NCBI GenBank assembly: GCA_013416795.1
Contig: RQSC01000653.1
Location: 2,558-22,385, forward strand
Direction: 5' to 3'
Source: Prasinococcaceae sp. CCMP 1430
Lineage: Eukaryota; Plantae; Prasinodermophyta
DNA: 19,828 bases
Part shown: positions 19,646 to 19,828 of the stretch, in pieces
How the letters are laid out: every line of letters begins with the position of its first letter
How positions within the stretch are numbered: position 1 is the first letter of the stretch
Notes under the pieces: generated by a model
Seen by the model: the letters and a program-made list of their open reading frames with translations, nothing else
Databases searched by the model: none
What the model was told of the DNA's origin: nothing
Program-made: the position numbers and the translations under genes

Positions 19646-19828
19646 CGCGGCGGCGGCCGGCGGGTCCCGGGTGGCGGGCGGACGGCTGGACGGAGGAAGG
19701 GCGCGGGCTGGCAGGGAGGGGACGGGGGGGGGTATGCCGGCGCGCTGGGGACGCCCCCGGCCGCGCGCGAGTAACGCAACAGAGCCGCGGACGCACCGCC
19801 ACTTGCGCCGCCGGCGAGCGCGCGCGCC

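Overview
Very GC-rich eukaryotic nuclear DNA with spliceosomal introns and four N-gaps. TTTAGGG repeats plus Toc34/Toc159 genes point to a green-lineage alga, probably early-diverging (inference). In order: an interstitial (TTTAGGG)n tract; a ~1,250-aa secreted mosaic protein (Cys-rich module, LNR repeats, DY and Pro tracts, coiled coil, EF-hand, possible toxin-like beta domain, Lys/Cys tail) with an apparent -1 frame break; a MORN-repeat PIP5K (-); an EB1 gene showing only its CH domain (+); an Apple/PAN-like protein (-) divergent from FAM161 (+), which may form a ~2.9-kb block interrupting EB1; an orphan terminal exon; and a head-to-head Toc159-family (-) / Toc34 (+) pair. The Toc34 has degenerate G1, G3 and G4 motifs and is a candidate pseudo-GTPase. 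All family calls come from motif recognition, not database searches.
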